From: Candidatus Zixiibacteriota bacterium
GTDB lineage: Bacteria; Zixibacteria; MSB-5A5; SM1-73
Assembly (NCBI GenBank): GCA_049694315.1
Contig: JBAVQU010000015.1
Coordinates: 53,712 to 117,711 of the forward strand
DNA: 64,000 bases
Reading direction: 5' to 3'
Below are positions 1 through 10,189 of this stretch, piece after piece (position 1 is the first letter of the stretch; every line of letters begins with the position of its first letter). The notes beneath the pieces were generated by a model that was not told the DNA's origin, made no database searches, and saw only the letters and a program-made list of their open reading frames with translations. The position numbers and the translations under genes are program-made.

Positions 1-834
1 TTTCAAAAACTGTCTTATCCCCTCAAAAAGGGTGGAGTCTAAGACCTGGTAGCTTTTTTCTTTTCGGTCCAAAAGCTGGATCAGATGGTATCCCCTCTGG
101 TCCCTTACCGGCCTGGAGACCTGTTTTGTCTCTTTCAGCGAGAACGCCGCTGAATCAAACTCCGGGGAATACTGACCTCTCTGGATGAAGCCTAGGTTTC
201 CGGATGCATCCGGCACCACTCCCTGAGAATAGTGCCTGCAAAGATCCGCAAAGTCCTCTCCGGCCACCGCCCTCGGGTAAAGCTCTTCGATTTTTCTCTT
301 AGCCTCCTTGTCCGCTCTTTTAAGATTTTTCTTGTAGTTTTTCTGGGTGGAATCGGCCCATACCCGGATCAAGAGGTCTCTTACCTGCACCTTCTCCGGA
401 ATCACGAAATCCTGGTCTTTGACCTCTTGGTAGTGAGATCTCACCTCCTCGTCCCCCACCACTATCTTGTCCGCGATGTCCTTCTGATGCATCTGGTCTA
501 AGATATAGCCTTGCATGTGCAGGTTTCTGCTTTTGACAAACACGGAATCGGAGTCCAGATCCAACCGTGCGGCTTTTTGACTAATCAGGATTCTGCGAAT
601 CAGCTCGTGGAGTGCATCCTCTTTGGTCTTCTGATTCTCCTCCGGCTTTCCAGAGGTGGTCTTCGACTCCTTCATGAAGTCCAAGAATCTCCCGACGGTG
701 ACCGGGTCGCCGTTGACCTTGGCCAACACCTCCTCCCGGCTTACCGCCTTAGCAGGAGGTGCACTTGCGGCTAGGTTTGTCCGGAGAAGAATCATGAGAA
801 TGGAAAGGAAAACGGCCCACAGCGTTTTTCTCAT
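1..834 (-). CDS. PpiC/parvulin-type peptidyl-prolyl cis-trans isomerase (SurA/PrsA-like). Partial: the gene continues past the window start (3' end missing).
   Basis: Minus-strand translation from the ATG at 834-832 gives MRKTLWAVFLSILMILL (signal peptide), then ..VNGDPVTV.., ..HYSQGVVPDASGNLGFIQRGQYSPEFDSAAFSL... The ORF stays open to position 1. It is absent from the track because it is open-ended. Confidence 0.6.
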   Translation of the reverse strand, partial: MRKTLWAVFLSILMILLRTNLAASAPPAKAVSREEVLAKVNGDPVTVGRFLDFMKESKTTSGKPEENQKTKEDALHELIRRILISQKAARLDLDSDSVFVKSRNLHMQGYILDQMHQKDIADKIVVGDEEVRSHYQEVKDQDFVIPEKVQVRDLLIRVWADSTQKNYKKNLKRADKEAKRKIEELYPRAVAGEDFADLCRHYSQGVVPDASGNLGFIQRGQYSPEFDSAAFSLKETKQVSRPVRDQRGYHLIQLLDRKEKSYQVLDSTLFEGIRQFLK

Positions 835-947
835 CTTTGTTCCTTCCTTTCGGGTCAAAACTTAAGTTAGCAGGTCCTTTCTATGCAGCGCACATCCTGG
901 TGGTACGGTACCTATTGTCTAGACCACCATTTCCTTGAGTCCGCGTC

Positions 948-1919
948 TCAAAGTTTCAGAAGAAGCGAAACCCGGTACGTGTTATCCAGTTCCTGATGCG
1001 ACAGAAAAGCCACATCCAGGCTCAACTGCTTGATCCATAGTCCGGCACCGGCGGTGAAATTTCCCTGGTCGAAACCTATTCTGCCGGCTAACTTCCGCTT
1101 GTATGACACCTCCGCCCCATAGTGAGTATCCGCCGAGATATTTCCCATCCAGAACTGGGCGGCGGACTTCCTTCCCTCGTATCGAATGTCCGCATCCGAG
1201 GCCAAGGTCAAATCGAAATCCTGAACCTGATGATTCAAAGAGAAACCCAGCTTGGTGGTGGGATTGATGGTTTCGGTAGTGCCGTTATCGTAGAACAGAG
1301 GGCTGGAAGTCAGATCCATCAGATTCACGCCCACGCTCAGAAATGAATAGGGCTTTGCCAGAAAAGAAAAATCCGCCCCGATGCCAAAAGCAGAAGTGCT
1401 CACCACGTCTCGATAGATCAGCTTGAGATTCCCTCCCCAGAAAAGCTGGTGGCGCATCTGGCGTGAGTAAGAGAAAAACAGCGCATAGTCTGCGTGACTC
1501 TCTTCTCTTAGCAACAGCACCCGATTGGTATCGCTGATATCCAGACCTCTGTTCTCCAGATCGGTGATCTTCACTCCGCCGCCTCCCAAACGCTGAATGC
1601 TGAAAGCGATAGCGGAATTGTGAGCGTCTTCGGCTAATGGAAACGCAAATGCAATGAAATCCTGATCCAGAAGCGACCCGAAGGTCTCGGCATGCATTAA
1701 AGACAACTCCTTCCGGTCCAGCAAAGAAAGCCCGGATGGATTCCAGAAACAGGCGGTCGCATCATCCGCCACCCCCACAAAGGCCCCTCCCATTCCCAAC
1801 GCCCTCGCCCCCACCCCCAGGCTCAGGAATTCTCCTGCATATTTGGCGCCAAAAGCCGGAACTGAGAGGGCCAGCCAGAATCCCAGAATGTACAGAGATT
1901 TTCTATTCATAAGCTGCAA
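948..1919 (-). CDS. Outer-membrane beta-barrel protein, PorV/PorQ-like (type IX secretion-associated UPF0164 family)
   Basis: Signal peptide, then the motif LSLGVGARALGMGGAFVGVADDATACFWNPSGL that I recall as typical of PorV/PorQ-like barrels. Beta-strand-like alternating pattern. C-terminal aromatic residue. Confidence 0.5.
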   Translation of the reverse strand: MQLMNRKSLYILGFWLALSVPAFGAKYAGEFLSLGVGARALGMGGAFVGVADDATACFWNPSGLSLLDRKELSLMHAETFGSLLDQDFIAFAFPLAEDAHNSAIAFSIQRLGGGGVKITDLENRGLDISDTNRVLLLREESHADYALFFSYSRQMRHQLFWGGNLKLIYRDVVSTSAFGIGADFSFLAKPYSFLSVGVNLMDLTSSPLFYDNGTTETINPTTKLGFSLNHQVQDFDLTLASDADIRYEGRKSAAQFWMGNISADTHYGAEVSYKRKLAGRIGFDQGNFTAGAGLWIKQLSLDVAFLSHQELDNTYRVSLLLKL

Positions 1920-2414
1920 ACTAATATACGAGAAAAACGCTTCCGATCAAGCAGAAAACAGAATCACGTGCACCGGGACCAGGTGCTTACGGGAAGCAAG
2001 ATAACGTTCCCTGTTCGTTTTTTCAACAATGATTTCCAGTTCAATCTTTGGCCTCTCACTCAAGAGAAGAAACGACCGAGACCTGTTTCCTTCTAAGGAG
2101 TCTAATCTTGTCGTCCCGAGCAGGAACGAATTACTCAGATAGTTTCGAACGGAAAGTCTGGCACGTCCGTGCCGGTTATCCTAATGCGGACCGTGAAGCT
2201 GTTTTTGAAGAAACGGTAAATTTCGACTCTAAAATGAACGATAATAATTCATAGGGGCCTTAGGTGAACTGAGACTTGATGGGAGAGGGCTAAAGAAGTC
2301 TCCTATTCGGCCAGCTTGGGTTGATGGAGAGAATTCTCTACCGGAGGATCCTGCCAACGGCTGTTTTCCGCACCCGACCCTAAGGTGTAGGCGGGAGGAA
2401 GCAGGAACAGAGCC

Positions 2415-3095
2415 GTGACCCGAGAATTCTACTCCGAGAGGCACAAACTCATGGCATCGAGGACAGGCAAGATGATGATTCCTGGCGGTTTGTCGAGCGA
2501 AGCCAACTTTGGCGATGAGAAGTTTTTCGTCCAGACGGAGTTCGCTTTTCGGCCTAAACCGAGAGTCACTACCACCATCTCCGTAAACGGAGCCGTGGTC
2601 GAAAAGGTGGAAAACGTCTGGAAATGGTTGCCCCAAACCGAGGAGGACCAGGGGAAAATCGAGGAATTCGTCAAGAAACAACACCGACAGGTGATGAAAG
2701 ACATAGAAGAGAGAAAAGAATCCTTGGTTTTCGTCGAGCCGGTGAAGGAGGAAGCTTCTCCCGCGGGGCATGACCTGGTCTTGAAGGTGAGGGCGGAACT
2801 CTCTGCCACGGAGGAGGTTTTCGGCTGGGTCTTCCTCTCCAACGAACAGGGGCTGGTAACTCGCCCGGTTTCCGAGCCGGAGGACAAGAATGCTGAGGAT
2901 TTGCTCATTCGAATCCGAGACATTTGCAGCCACTTGAGCACGGACGCGGCCTTAGGAGAGTTTGCCGGAGGGATTCTTCGATTGCCACAACTTTCTGTGG
3001 CCTTCCTGCCGCTCCTCAAGCATCTTTTGGCCATTAAGTTCGACCCCAAGCTCGACGTGAAGAAACTGGTCCAGAGGGTAAGATCGATAACTTAG
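2415..3095 (+). CDS. Hypothetical protein, possibly with a Roadblock-like C-terminal part
   Basis: 226-aa ORF with charged K/E-rich composition, directly upstream of a Roadblock-domain gene on the same strand. The overlapping minus-strand ORFs look like junk. Confidence 0.35.
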   Translation: MTREFYSERHKLMASRTGKMMIPGGLSSEANFGDEKFFVQTEFAFRPKPRVTTTISVNGAVVEKVENVWKWLPQTEEDQGKIEEFVKKQHRQVMKDIEERKESLVFVEPVKEEASPAGHDLVLKVRAELSATEEVFGWVFLSNEQGLVTRPVSEPEDKNAEDLLIRIRDICSHLSTDAALGEFAGGILRLPQLSVAFLPLLKHLLAIKFDPKLDVKKLVQRVRSIT

Positions 3096-3107
3096 GACGG
3101 GATCGGT

Positions 3108-3863
3108 ATGGAGAAAATACTAACTGACATAAGGGCTGTTCCTGGGGTTACCGGAGCATTGGTGGTGGCAAAGAGATCCCGGGTGTGTTACCACCTTCTT
3201 CCCCCGGGTTTCACTGCCGGTTCAACTCAAGAAGTAACCACCAGGCTGCTGAAGCTGTCTGAGAAAATGCCACCCTCCAGCCGATTGGACTTGAAGTTTG
3301 ATAACGGCATCGGCTTGGTCTACAACCTGGAACGAAGCGTGGTCTTGATCTTCGGAGGAGCCAATCTGGACACTTCGCTTTTGGGGCTGGTTCTAAAATC
3401 AGCCCTGCAATCGATAGAGAGGAAACTGGAAGAGCTAATCCCCGAAGTCGACCAGGTGCCACAGGTGTCGACGATAACGGTTGACAAGGAGAGTCTCAGT
3501 TTGTTAATTGAGGCGATAAACCTAGTAGCTAAAGGCTACGTTAAGGAGCAGGGGACTTACCGGGTTACCAGAAATCTACGTAAGACCAAGGAAGACGTGA
3601 TCGTCGAATTCCCGCAGGTGTCAAGCTTCTATGTGGACAACGATGGTCGGGTTTCTGTGATGAAGGCCAAAGAAGACGCGCTTGATTCCAAAATCCCCAT
3701 AGCTTTGATCAAATGGATTGATCTTTTCGTCAGGAAGACTTCTCCTCCTTCCCGGCGCGATCGGGCGGCTGACGTCCGAAAACTGACCGCCCACATCAGC
3801 AAGCCTCTGGAGGGAATGGGATTTTATGACCTCTACAACAAGGTGACCAAGAAACTGCTTTGA
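3108..3863 (+). CDS. Roadblock/LC7 (MglB-like) domain protein
   Basis: The N-terminal ~100 aa (IRAVPGVTGALVVAKRSRVCYHLLPP...LVYNLERSVVLIFGGANLDTSLLGLVLKS) fit the Roadblock/LC7 fold pattern. A further 150 aa follow at the C-terminus. Confidence 0.45.
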   Translation: MEKILTDIRAVPGVTGALVVAKRSRVCYHLLPPGFTAGSTQEVTTRLLKLSEKMPPSSRLDLKFDNGIGLVYNLERSVVLIFGGANLDTSLLGLVLKSALQSIERKLEELIPEVDQVPQVSTITVDKESLSLLIEAINLVAKGYVKEQGTYRVTRNLRKTKEDVIVEFPQVSSFYVDNDGRVSVMKAKEDALDSKIPIALIKWIDLFVRKTSPPSRRDRAADVRKLTAHISKPLEGMGFYDLYNKVTKKLL

Positions 3864-4224
3864 CGGTTCTGAACTCAAAATAAAAGAGTCTCCCCGCTGT
3901 TAGCAGGGGGACCCTGCGGAAAGGGCTTTGATTTGAAAGGACTCTCTCTGCTACCAACAATAAAGGGCTTTTACAACCGCCTTCGGTATTTCGCTTTCGC
4001 TATCCGTCCGCCTTCGGCGGGGGGGTCACGGCGTACGCTCAACTTCAGGGGGTGACCTTCATCAGTTGATTGTTAAAGGTCTTTCAAATGCACCCTTTCC
4101 TTTCATATGGTACAACCAAACCTCACAAAAAGCAAGCACTTTTTGAACGCAGCAGAAAATAATCGACCCGGTCTATCTCGGTGGACAAACGCATTTTGAT
4201 GGTTCGATAGCGGAGAGTCCCGTT

Positions 4225-4602
4225 ATGTTAGCAGGTGTGGGAGTGGACATAATTGAGGTGCCCAGAATCAATCTGGCCATAAGAAGATGGGGAGATCGCT
4301 TTCTTAAGCGGGTCTTTACCACTGCGGAAAGAGACTACTGCATGAGAAAAGCCTTCCCGGAGCAATCTCTGGCGGCTCGTTTCGCCGCCAAAGAGGCGGT
4401 CCTGAAGGCAATGGGAACGGGTCTTTCGAGTGGGATAGGTTGGACCGAAGTGGAAATTGTAAACAGGGAAAGCGGAAAACCGGAGGTGAAGTTAGGGAAA
4501 AAGACCCTGGAACGAATCGGCAGCAAGAGAATCCTGATAAGCATTTCCCACACCAAGGGATTCGCCATCGCTTCTGCGATATTGTTGGAAGGACCAGATT
4601 GA
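4225..4602 (+). CDS. acpS: Holo-[acyl-carrier-protein] synthase (4'-phosphopantetheinyl transferase)
   Basis: 125 aa with GVDIIEV...RFLKRVFT..E......QSLAARFAAKEAVLKAMG...ISISHTKGFAIASA, the characteristic AcpS pattern. Confidence 0.8.
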   Translation: MLAGVGVDIIEVPRINLAIRRWGDRFLKRVFTTAERDYCMRKAFPEQSLAARFAAKEAVLKAMGTGLSSGIGWTEVEIVNRESGKPEVKLGKKTLERIGSKRILISISHTKGFAIASAILLEGPD

Positions 4603-5004
4603 AAAACCATCATCTGATTTGAGTTAGGTGCTGGTTTGAACTCTGGTCAACCTTCGACTTCTACCGTCCTAAACCAACCGAGAACATCCCATCCAGTGCC
4701 CATGCTCTGGTGCTGTCTAGGAGCGCAGCCGGGCAGGGCTGAACGCCATAGCTTCTAAGGGGTGACTTATTTCCCTCATAGCGGCGGGAATTTATCCCGC
4801 CTCGAAGTCTGACCCCTTTTCCACGGACCCCTCAGGTTTACCAAACAGAGAAGCTTTAGTCGGCTTCTCATCCTCAGAAATTCAAACGGCCTTCAAAAAA
4901 CTTCTTGACTGGACCAATGCCAGTTCAGAAATTAGGGTTCATTATGAACCAAGGGACGGAAATCAATTCGACCCTTGGGTTTCTAACATGTCAAAGGAGT
5001 GTTT

Positions 5005-5577
5005 ATGTCGAACCAGAAGGAGATTTTTGATATCTTCGAAAAAGCGGGCGCTCTTTTGAGAGGACACTTTCTCTTGAGCTCCGGACTTCATTCGGATCTG
5101 TATTTCGAGAAATTCCAGGTGCTGCAGTACCCGGAATACGTGCAGAGTCTGTGCCAAAAGCTCGCAGTCTTCTTCAAAGATGAAAAGGTGGAAGTGGTGG
5201 TCGGTCCCACTACCGGAGGAATCATCATCGCCTACGAGGTGGCCAAGAACCTAAAGGTTAAGTCCATTTTTGCAGAATCCGGCCAGGAAGGTCGGATCTT
5301 CAAAAGAGGATTTGCGCTGAACAAGGGTGATAGGGTCTTGATCGTAGACGACATTCTCACCACTGGAGGATCAGTCAGAGAGGTGATTCAACTGGTCGAA
5401 AGCTATGGCGCCCACATCCTGGGCATTGGAGTTCTTCTGGATCGAAGCGGAGGAAATGTGAAGTTTGATTATCCTCTGAAACCCCTGGCTGTGACTGCGG
5501 TCACCAATTACCGCCCTGAAGATTGCCCTTTGTGCAAAAAAGGTGCGCCACTGATCAAGCCCGGAAGCAGAAGATAA
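5005..5577 (+). CDS. pyrE: Orotate phosphoribosyltransferase
   Basis: LLRGHFLLSSGLHSDLYFEKFQVLQYPE...VVGPTTGGIIIAYEV...VLIVDDILTTGGSV. RBS AAGGAG at 4994-4999 and ATG at 5005. The track ORF begins at an upstream GTG. Confidence 0.8.
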   Translation: MSNQKEIFDIFEKAGALLRGHFLLSSGLHSDLYFEKFQVLQYPEYVQSLCQKLAVFFKDEKVEVVVGPTTGGIIIAYEVAKNLKVKSIFAESGQEGRIFKRGFALNKGDRVLIVDDILTTGGSVREVIQLVESYGAHILGIGVLLDRSGGNVKFDYPLKPLAVTAVTNYRPEDCPLCKKGAPLIKPGSRR

Positions 5578-5669
5578 ATCCGGATGACGAATGACGAAAA
5601 CCTCACACCCTGTCTCCTCCTCTCTATGAAGTGCAGAGTGGGATGGGGGGAGAGGTAGAAGGAGGACGT

Positions 5670-6014
5670 GTGAAGGTAACAAATTTCAAGAACATGGAAG
5701 CCAGAGAGGTCAAAGAGCCGGGAGCCACTGGAGTCACCATTAGATGGCTGATTTCGGAAAAGGATGGTGCTCCCAATTTTGCCATGCGCTTATTTGAAGT
5801 ACAGCCGGGCGGGTGCACTCCTTATCACAAGCACAAATGGGAGCACGAGGCATTCATCCTCGAAGGCAAAGGAAATCTGACCCTCGAGGAGAAAACCACT
5901 CCTCTTAATAAAGGTGATGCAGTATTTGTTCCGGGCGAGGAAAACCATCAATTCAAGAATGCGTCGCAGGAGAACTTGGTCTTTCTGTGCCTGGTTCCCA
6001 ACAAAATGCTGTGA
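5670..6014 (+). CDS. Cupin-domain protein
   Basis: The two-His/one-Glu cupin pattern (PYHKHKWEHEAFILEG...VFVPGEENHQFKN). The track ORF N-terminus overlaps an intergenic repeat, so the start is more likely the GTG at 5670 after AGGAGG. Confidence 0.55.
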   Translation: MKVTNFKNMEAREVKEPGATGVTIRWLISEKDGAPNFAMRLFEVQPGGCTPYHKHKWEHEAFILEGKGNLTLEEKTTPLNKGDAVFVPGEENHQFKNASQENLVFLCLVPNKML

Positions 6015-6080
6015 TTTCGCCCGCCTTATTATCGGGATAATTTTCTGTTGAAGTCGGACAAGACGAATTCGCTCTTTTGA

Positions 6081-6140
6081 CCTCACCCTCTATTCCCCCT
6101 CTCCATCTTATGGAGAGGGGGACAAAAGGGGGAGAGGTAG
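6081..6140. repeat. Intergenic nested-palindrome repeat, copy A
   Basis: CCTCACCC...TTCCCCCTCTCCAT-ctt-ATGGAGAGGGGGA...GGGGGAGAGG. Confidence 0.7.
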
Positions 6141-6151
6141 AGAAAGTCGAA

Positions 6152-6703
6152 ATGCTGACAGACATCCAAAGAAAATATGGCACGCCGCGTGCACTGAACA
6201 TGTCTTTTTCCATGAACCAAGAGGAATTCGACATGCTCAAAGATAGCATGAAGGACGGTCGCAATTCCGACGTCACCCTGTTCATTCTCAAGGATAATAA
6301 GGTTATCCTAATCGCCAAGCCCTGGTATCCCCAAGGGCTTTATCGTGCCCCCTCAGGCGGGATCAAACCGGATGAAGACACAGAAGCCACCGCAAAAAGG
6401 GAAGCGTATGAAGAGACCGGAACCAGAATCGAACTGGTCAGATATATATTGAGAATTCAAGTCACTTTTACGTGTGGACAGGAGAGCATAAACTGGACCA
6501 GCCACGTGTTCACCGCACGCCATCTTTCCGGCGAGCTGCGACCTATCGACACGAGAGAGATAAAAGAAGCGACTTGGCTGAGCCTGGAGGAGCTTTCTTC
6601 TATGAAGTCAAAGCTTCTGGGGCAAAATTCTGGTGGGCTTGCCTATCGCGCCGCACTAACCGAGGCGGCGATAAATGAGATTCTATCCGCACAAAAGAAG
6701 TAG
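6152..6703 (+). CDS. NUDIX hydrolase
   Basis: Nudix box GGIKPDEDTEATAKREAYEETG. The track ORF N-terminus overlaps the repeat element, and an ATG at 6152 follows a GGAGAGG RBS. Confidence 0.7.
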   Translation: MLTDIQRKYGTPRALNMSFSMNQEEFDMLKDSMKDGRNSDVTLFILKDNKVILIAKPWYPQGLYRAPSGGIKPDEDTEATAKREAYEETGTRIELVRYILRIQVTFTCGQESINWTSHVFTARHLSGELRPIDTREIKEATWLSLEELSSMKSKLLGQNSGGLAYRAALTEAAINEILSAQKK

Positions 6704-6752
6704 GGGCGTATAGCCATATGCCCCTACTCATGACACCATAGTTTATCTGATT

Positions 6753-8825
6753 TCACAAATCCTCTTTTCTGTCCTGATCTTCAGCTTCATCTATTTCTTG
6801 TGTTTCTTCTGTTGGTTCTTCCGGCTGATAATCTGCAAGCTCTCCCCGGGCAATCATCTTTTCGTAGTCCAACGGATGTCTTTTCATGTAATCTTCTTCG
6901 GTCATGGTCCCGGTGAGGAAGGAAAAGTTGACCGGATAGGTTTCGGGATCGACGATCATGTAAAAGAAGTGCCAGACCACGATGGCCAAAGTTGCCAGGC
7001 AGGCTTCGTAAAAATGAATTGCCTTGCAAACGTCCAAAAGCCATTTGGGCATAAACCCCAGAAAGAACGTCTCAAACCACAAAGGTATGCCGGTCAGCAC
7101 CATCACCACACCACCCCATACTAAAGCCCAGTATTCCGCCTTTTCGGCGTAGTTATATCGATCAAAAAGCGGCTCCCGAGGAGAGAAGCCTAAGCTCCAA
7201 ATCATGTTCTGAATGACGTTTCTTATGTCTGAGAGAACAGGGAATTTGGCTTTCATCTCCCCCCGGCCACGTCTGGTGAAAACGGAATGCCCGAAAGAGA
7301 ATACGAAAAGCCCGATGAACACTACTGCGGCCACCCTATGAGCCACCGCTCGCGCCGCAAAGGCAGCGGGTGAATGAGTCATCCATGAAGACCACCACGA
7401 GTCGGGGTATCTGAAGGCGAACCCGGTAATGGCCAAAGTGGTGAAGGAGACCATCAGAAGGAAATGCCATATGACCTCCACGATGGTGAATCTTACGACC
7501 GTTCCTCCCTTTGCTTGTCTGTATCTATCCCTTGCGTGCTTTATCATAAGCACTGCGTTATGGGCCAGCATCCCGCCGATCACTATGACGATGAGGCTCA
7601 AGTAAAGCCTTCTGATCCAGTATACCCCTATGTCTGTCTTGCGCGAAGGGATGATGTGGATCGACCCTTTGGCGAAGTTCGGTCCTGCCCCATGATGACA
7701 CTTTCCGCAAGTGTGTGGCAGATTGGCTTTGTTTATGGAAGAGAGTGGGTCCTCTTGAGGTCTGATGCTGTGGCTGGTGTGGCAACTGGCGCAGCTGGCG
7801 GTAGTGGTATCTCCCGCCATGCTTCCCACTCCGTGATAGCTATCCAAGTAAGTGGTGAACCTCTGAGAAACCAGTCCATATTTCTCTATGATCCTCTCCT
7901 GAGAGTGGCAGCGGGTGCAAGTTATTTTGGAAAGGTTCGCTGTAAAGGTGGAAGAAGTTTTGTCCCTCGAGGACTTAATGGCGTGTTCGGTATGGCAATC
8001 GGTGCAGACCGGTGCATCCGTCACTCCCCTCTTAACTCCGCTTCCGTGCGCATCCTGGGCATATTCCTCTTGCTCACTGGGATGGCACTGACCACAGGTG
8101 GCAGATATGTTAGTACGATAGGTTAAGGAACTGGGATCGGAAGCAGGCTTAATATCATGGCTTTTGTGGCAATCCGAGCAGACCGCCACACCGGGATTTC
8201 CGTCTTTCAACGACTTGCCGTGCACGCTTTCCATATAGGCTTGATATGGGGCGGGAAGCGGGATTTGGTATTTGCTTAGGCTTATGGGAGCGTCATGGCA
8301 CTTGGCGCACATCTTGGGCTGATTGGCTCGATAGGTGTCCGCTTCCGGGTCATCCGCCTTGTGGATGCTATGATAGGAATGACAATCGTTGCAGGCAGGA
8401 GCACGGGCTACCCCTTCGCGTTTTCTCTGACCATGAATACCCTCTTGGTAAAGTTTCGTCGCATCCTGGTGACAACTGCCGCAGTCCACAGGTACAGGTG
8501 GGGTGGCGTGTGGCTCAGGCAATACTCCTTGATGACAGCCAGTGCAACCTAAATCTTTGTGAATCGATTTGACAAAAACGGATTGATCCACAAAGAGTGA
8601 TTTTTCCTTTCCAGTCGAATCAGTCTTAGAAAGACCCTTATCTCCGTGGCACACCAAACATTCTTCGTCAGTAGCAGCGTACCCCCCATTTACCCAAAAG
8701 AGAGCCAAGGACAAAATCAGAAGCAGTACCGACAGACTCAGGCGATATTGTTTCATCAAACGATTTTTCTGTCTGGGCAACTCGATTCCCTCAGGTTTGT
8801 TAGGTGAAGATAAGCACACTTCCAC
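6753..8825 (-). CDS. Multiheme c-type cytochrome (11 CXXCH) fused to a HydC/FdnI-family diheme cytochrome b membrane domain (CbcL-like)
   Basis: Signal/TM anchor, then 11 CXXCH motifs (CLVCH, CTGCH, CGSCH, CNDCH, CAKCH, CSDCH, CGQCH, CTDCH, CTRCH, CASCH, CGKCH). The C-terminal ~300 aa carry 4-5 TM helices with conserved His (WHFLLM, FGHSVF, IHFYEA, VWHFFYM), typical of b-type hydrogenase/formate dehydrogenase cytochrome subunits. Confidence 0.75.
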   Translation of the reverse strand: MEVCLSSPNKPEGIELPRQKNRLMKQYRLSLSVLLLILSLALFWVNGGYAATDEECLVCHGDKGLSKTDSTGKEKSLFVDQSVFVKSIHKDLGCTGCHQGVLPEPHATPPVPVDCGSCHQDATKLYQEGIHGQRKREGVARAPACNDCHSYHSIHKADDPEADTYRANQPKMCAKCHDAPISLSKYQIPLPAPYQAYMESVHGKSLKDGNPGVAVCSDCHKSHDIKPASDPSSLTYRTNISATCGQCHPSEQEEYAQDAHGSGVKRGVTDAPVCTDCHTEHAIKSSRDKTSSTFTANLSKITCTRCHSQERIIEKYGLVSQRFTTYLDSYHGVGSMAGDTTTASCASCHTSHSIRPQEDPLSSINKANLPHTCGKCHHGAGPNFAKGSIHIIPSRKTDIGVYWIRRLYLSLIVIVIGGMLAHNAVLMIKHARDRYRQAKGGTVVRFTIVEVIWHFLLMVSFTTLAITGFAFRYPDSWWSSWMTHSPAAFAARAVAHRVAAVVFIGLFVFSFGHSVFTRRGRGEMKAKFPVLSDIRNVIQNMIWSLGFSPREPLFDRYNYAEKAEYWALVWGGVVMVLTGIPLWFETFFLGFMPKWLLDVCKAIHFYEACLATLAIVVWHFFYMIVDPETYPVNFSFLTGTMTEEDYMKRHPLDYEKMIARGELADYQPEEPTEETQEIDEAEDQDRKEDL

Positions 8826-9510
8826 ACTCTGTCAAGTTTTCACGGAACCATTTCCCAAAAGTGTCGAAATTATCAACACAAAAGGACCTGTTGCGTGATG
8901 GAATAGTCTACACCATTCTAAGAAAAGCCACGAGTGCCTAGCCTGCAGTCATCAACTGAACAAATTGACAAACCAGGAGGTCTGCGGCCAACAAAGAAGC
9001 TTGTAGGGGAGTCGCTTGTTGGCTCCCACTTCAGAACAATAACGGGAGGGGACAAGCACCTCCCCCACAGACATCTTACCCGTTTGTCGCAATAGGCTAG
9101 TTGCTGACTCCATATGCCAGGTCTTGGTCTTGCAAGCAAAAGCCTTTGCAAAAGACACTGCTCTCAATTAACACAAGATCAGCAACGGGGTTACAAAATC
9201 CCGTTGCAACAAGCGAAGAGAGCAAGGTAAGCCGGGAAACCCGCTTATAGACTTCTTGGATTACCGCCTTAAACATGATTATGCCGGGTTCAAAGAAAAC
9301 AGTTGTAAAAGATGATGAAGTCGTTCCTTAAGAAATCAATCCCAGACAGGTGACTTTAGAGGACTAGTGAACAGAAAACGGAGAGGCTGACCCCTCTTCC
9401 GTTCTTTTGTGCTCGCTCAGAAATCCCTACCCACCCTTATTGATCAATATCCTAACTTTCAAAAGAGATTCCTTTTCTTAACTAAATATTGAAAGAAATT
9501 GAAAGTTAAT

Positions 9511-9545
9511 AGAGAGGAAAGAGGCATGTAAGCCTCTTTCCTCAT
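9511..9545 (-). terminator. 12-bp perfect hairpin directly downstream of the lipoprotein gene
   Basis: GAGGAAAGAGGC-atgtaa-GCCTCTTTCCTC, followed on the minus strand by a T-rich stretch. Confidence 0.4.
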
Positions 9546-9562
9546 TGTCAGATTTCGGAAAA

Positions 9563-10189
9563 TTATGGCCTAGTCACCCATAGTCCACCAACCCAAGATT
9601 GGTTTAAGCAAAAGCCTCCGTAAACTGACATATAATAACATAAGTATGCACTAATGGCTCCGGCTACCCATCCAAAAGGGGGAATAAAATAACTTCCTGC
9701 GCTTCCTGCCACTGCTAAAATTGTTACAATCCGCCATCCCTCTGCGCTCCAGTAGCAGCAACGTTTCCCCCACCAGTACCACCAGCAAGCTGACCCTTGG
9801 GTTTCACATACCTTGCCTAAAGTCATGCCTTTTGATAAAGAATCATTGGCAGTGGGTATGCCATCTCTGAGTTCCTCAATTATCCTTGTCAGTTCAGAAG
9901 GTTGGCCATTCCCCTGGAAATACCTGGCCACTTCAGGATAAGACCCTTGGATTGAGTCGAGGAATTTACTCCAATCGATTGAGAAAGTGCCATTCTTGCT
10001 TTCAGTCACATACGGCTCCATACGCTCAATCCAGTCGACATACAGGTGGGCTTTGGCCTCAAAGTTTCCCAAGTCATCATTTGCTTTTTTAGGTGCGACT
10101 ATCTCTTTCTCTCTGCTACAGCCACTAATCAATATCACAGTAACTAGGAGAATAGCCGTTACCCTTGTCAGTCTATTTGTTCTTAGCAT
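9563..10189 (-). CDS. Hypothetical lipoprotein with a Trp/Cys-rich C-terminus
   Basis: Probable start at MLRTNRLTRVTAILLVTVILISGC (lipobox). C-terminal CWWYWWGKRCCYW. Lies in an AT-rich segment. Confidence 0.45.
   Translation of the reverse strand: MLRTNRLTRVTAILLVTVILISGCSREKEIVAPKKANDDLGNFEAKAHLYVDWIERMEPYVTESKNGTFSIDWSKFLDSIQGSYPEVARYFQGNGQPSELTRIIEELRDGIPTANDSLSKGMTLGKVCETQGSACWWYWWGKRCCYWSAEGWRIVTILAVAGSAGSYFIPPFGWVAGAISAYLCYYMSVYGGFCLNQSWVGGLWVTRP

Noticed and set aside
2229-3049. Minus-strand ORFs 2229..2933 and 2429..3049 overlapping the plus-strand pair
   Set aside because: Low-complexity Ser/Pro/Arg-rich sequence with no motifs. The plus-strand pair has tandem organisation and a recognisable Roadblock-like fold pattern.
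3995-4013. Shared CCCGCCTTCGGCGG hairpin at 3995-4013 and 13468-13484 as a repeat family
   Set aside because: It is just a GC clamp around a UUCG tetraloop, which arises easily by chance. Only 14 nt are shared.
6798-8572. Plus-strand ORFs inside the multiheme cytochrome gene
   Set aside because: Antisense to a frame carrying 11 CXXCH motifs. Low-complexity His/Pro/Arg-rich peptides.
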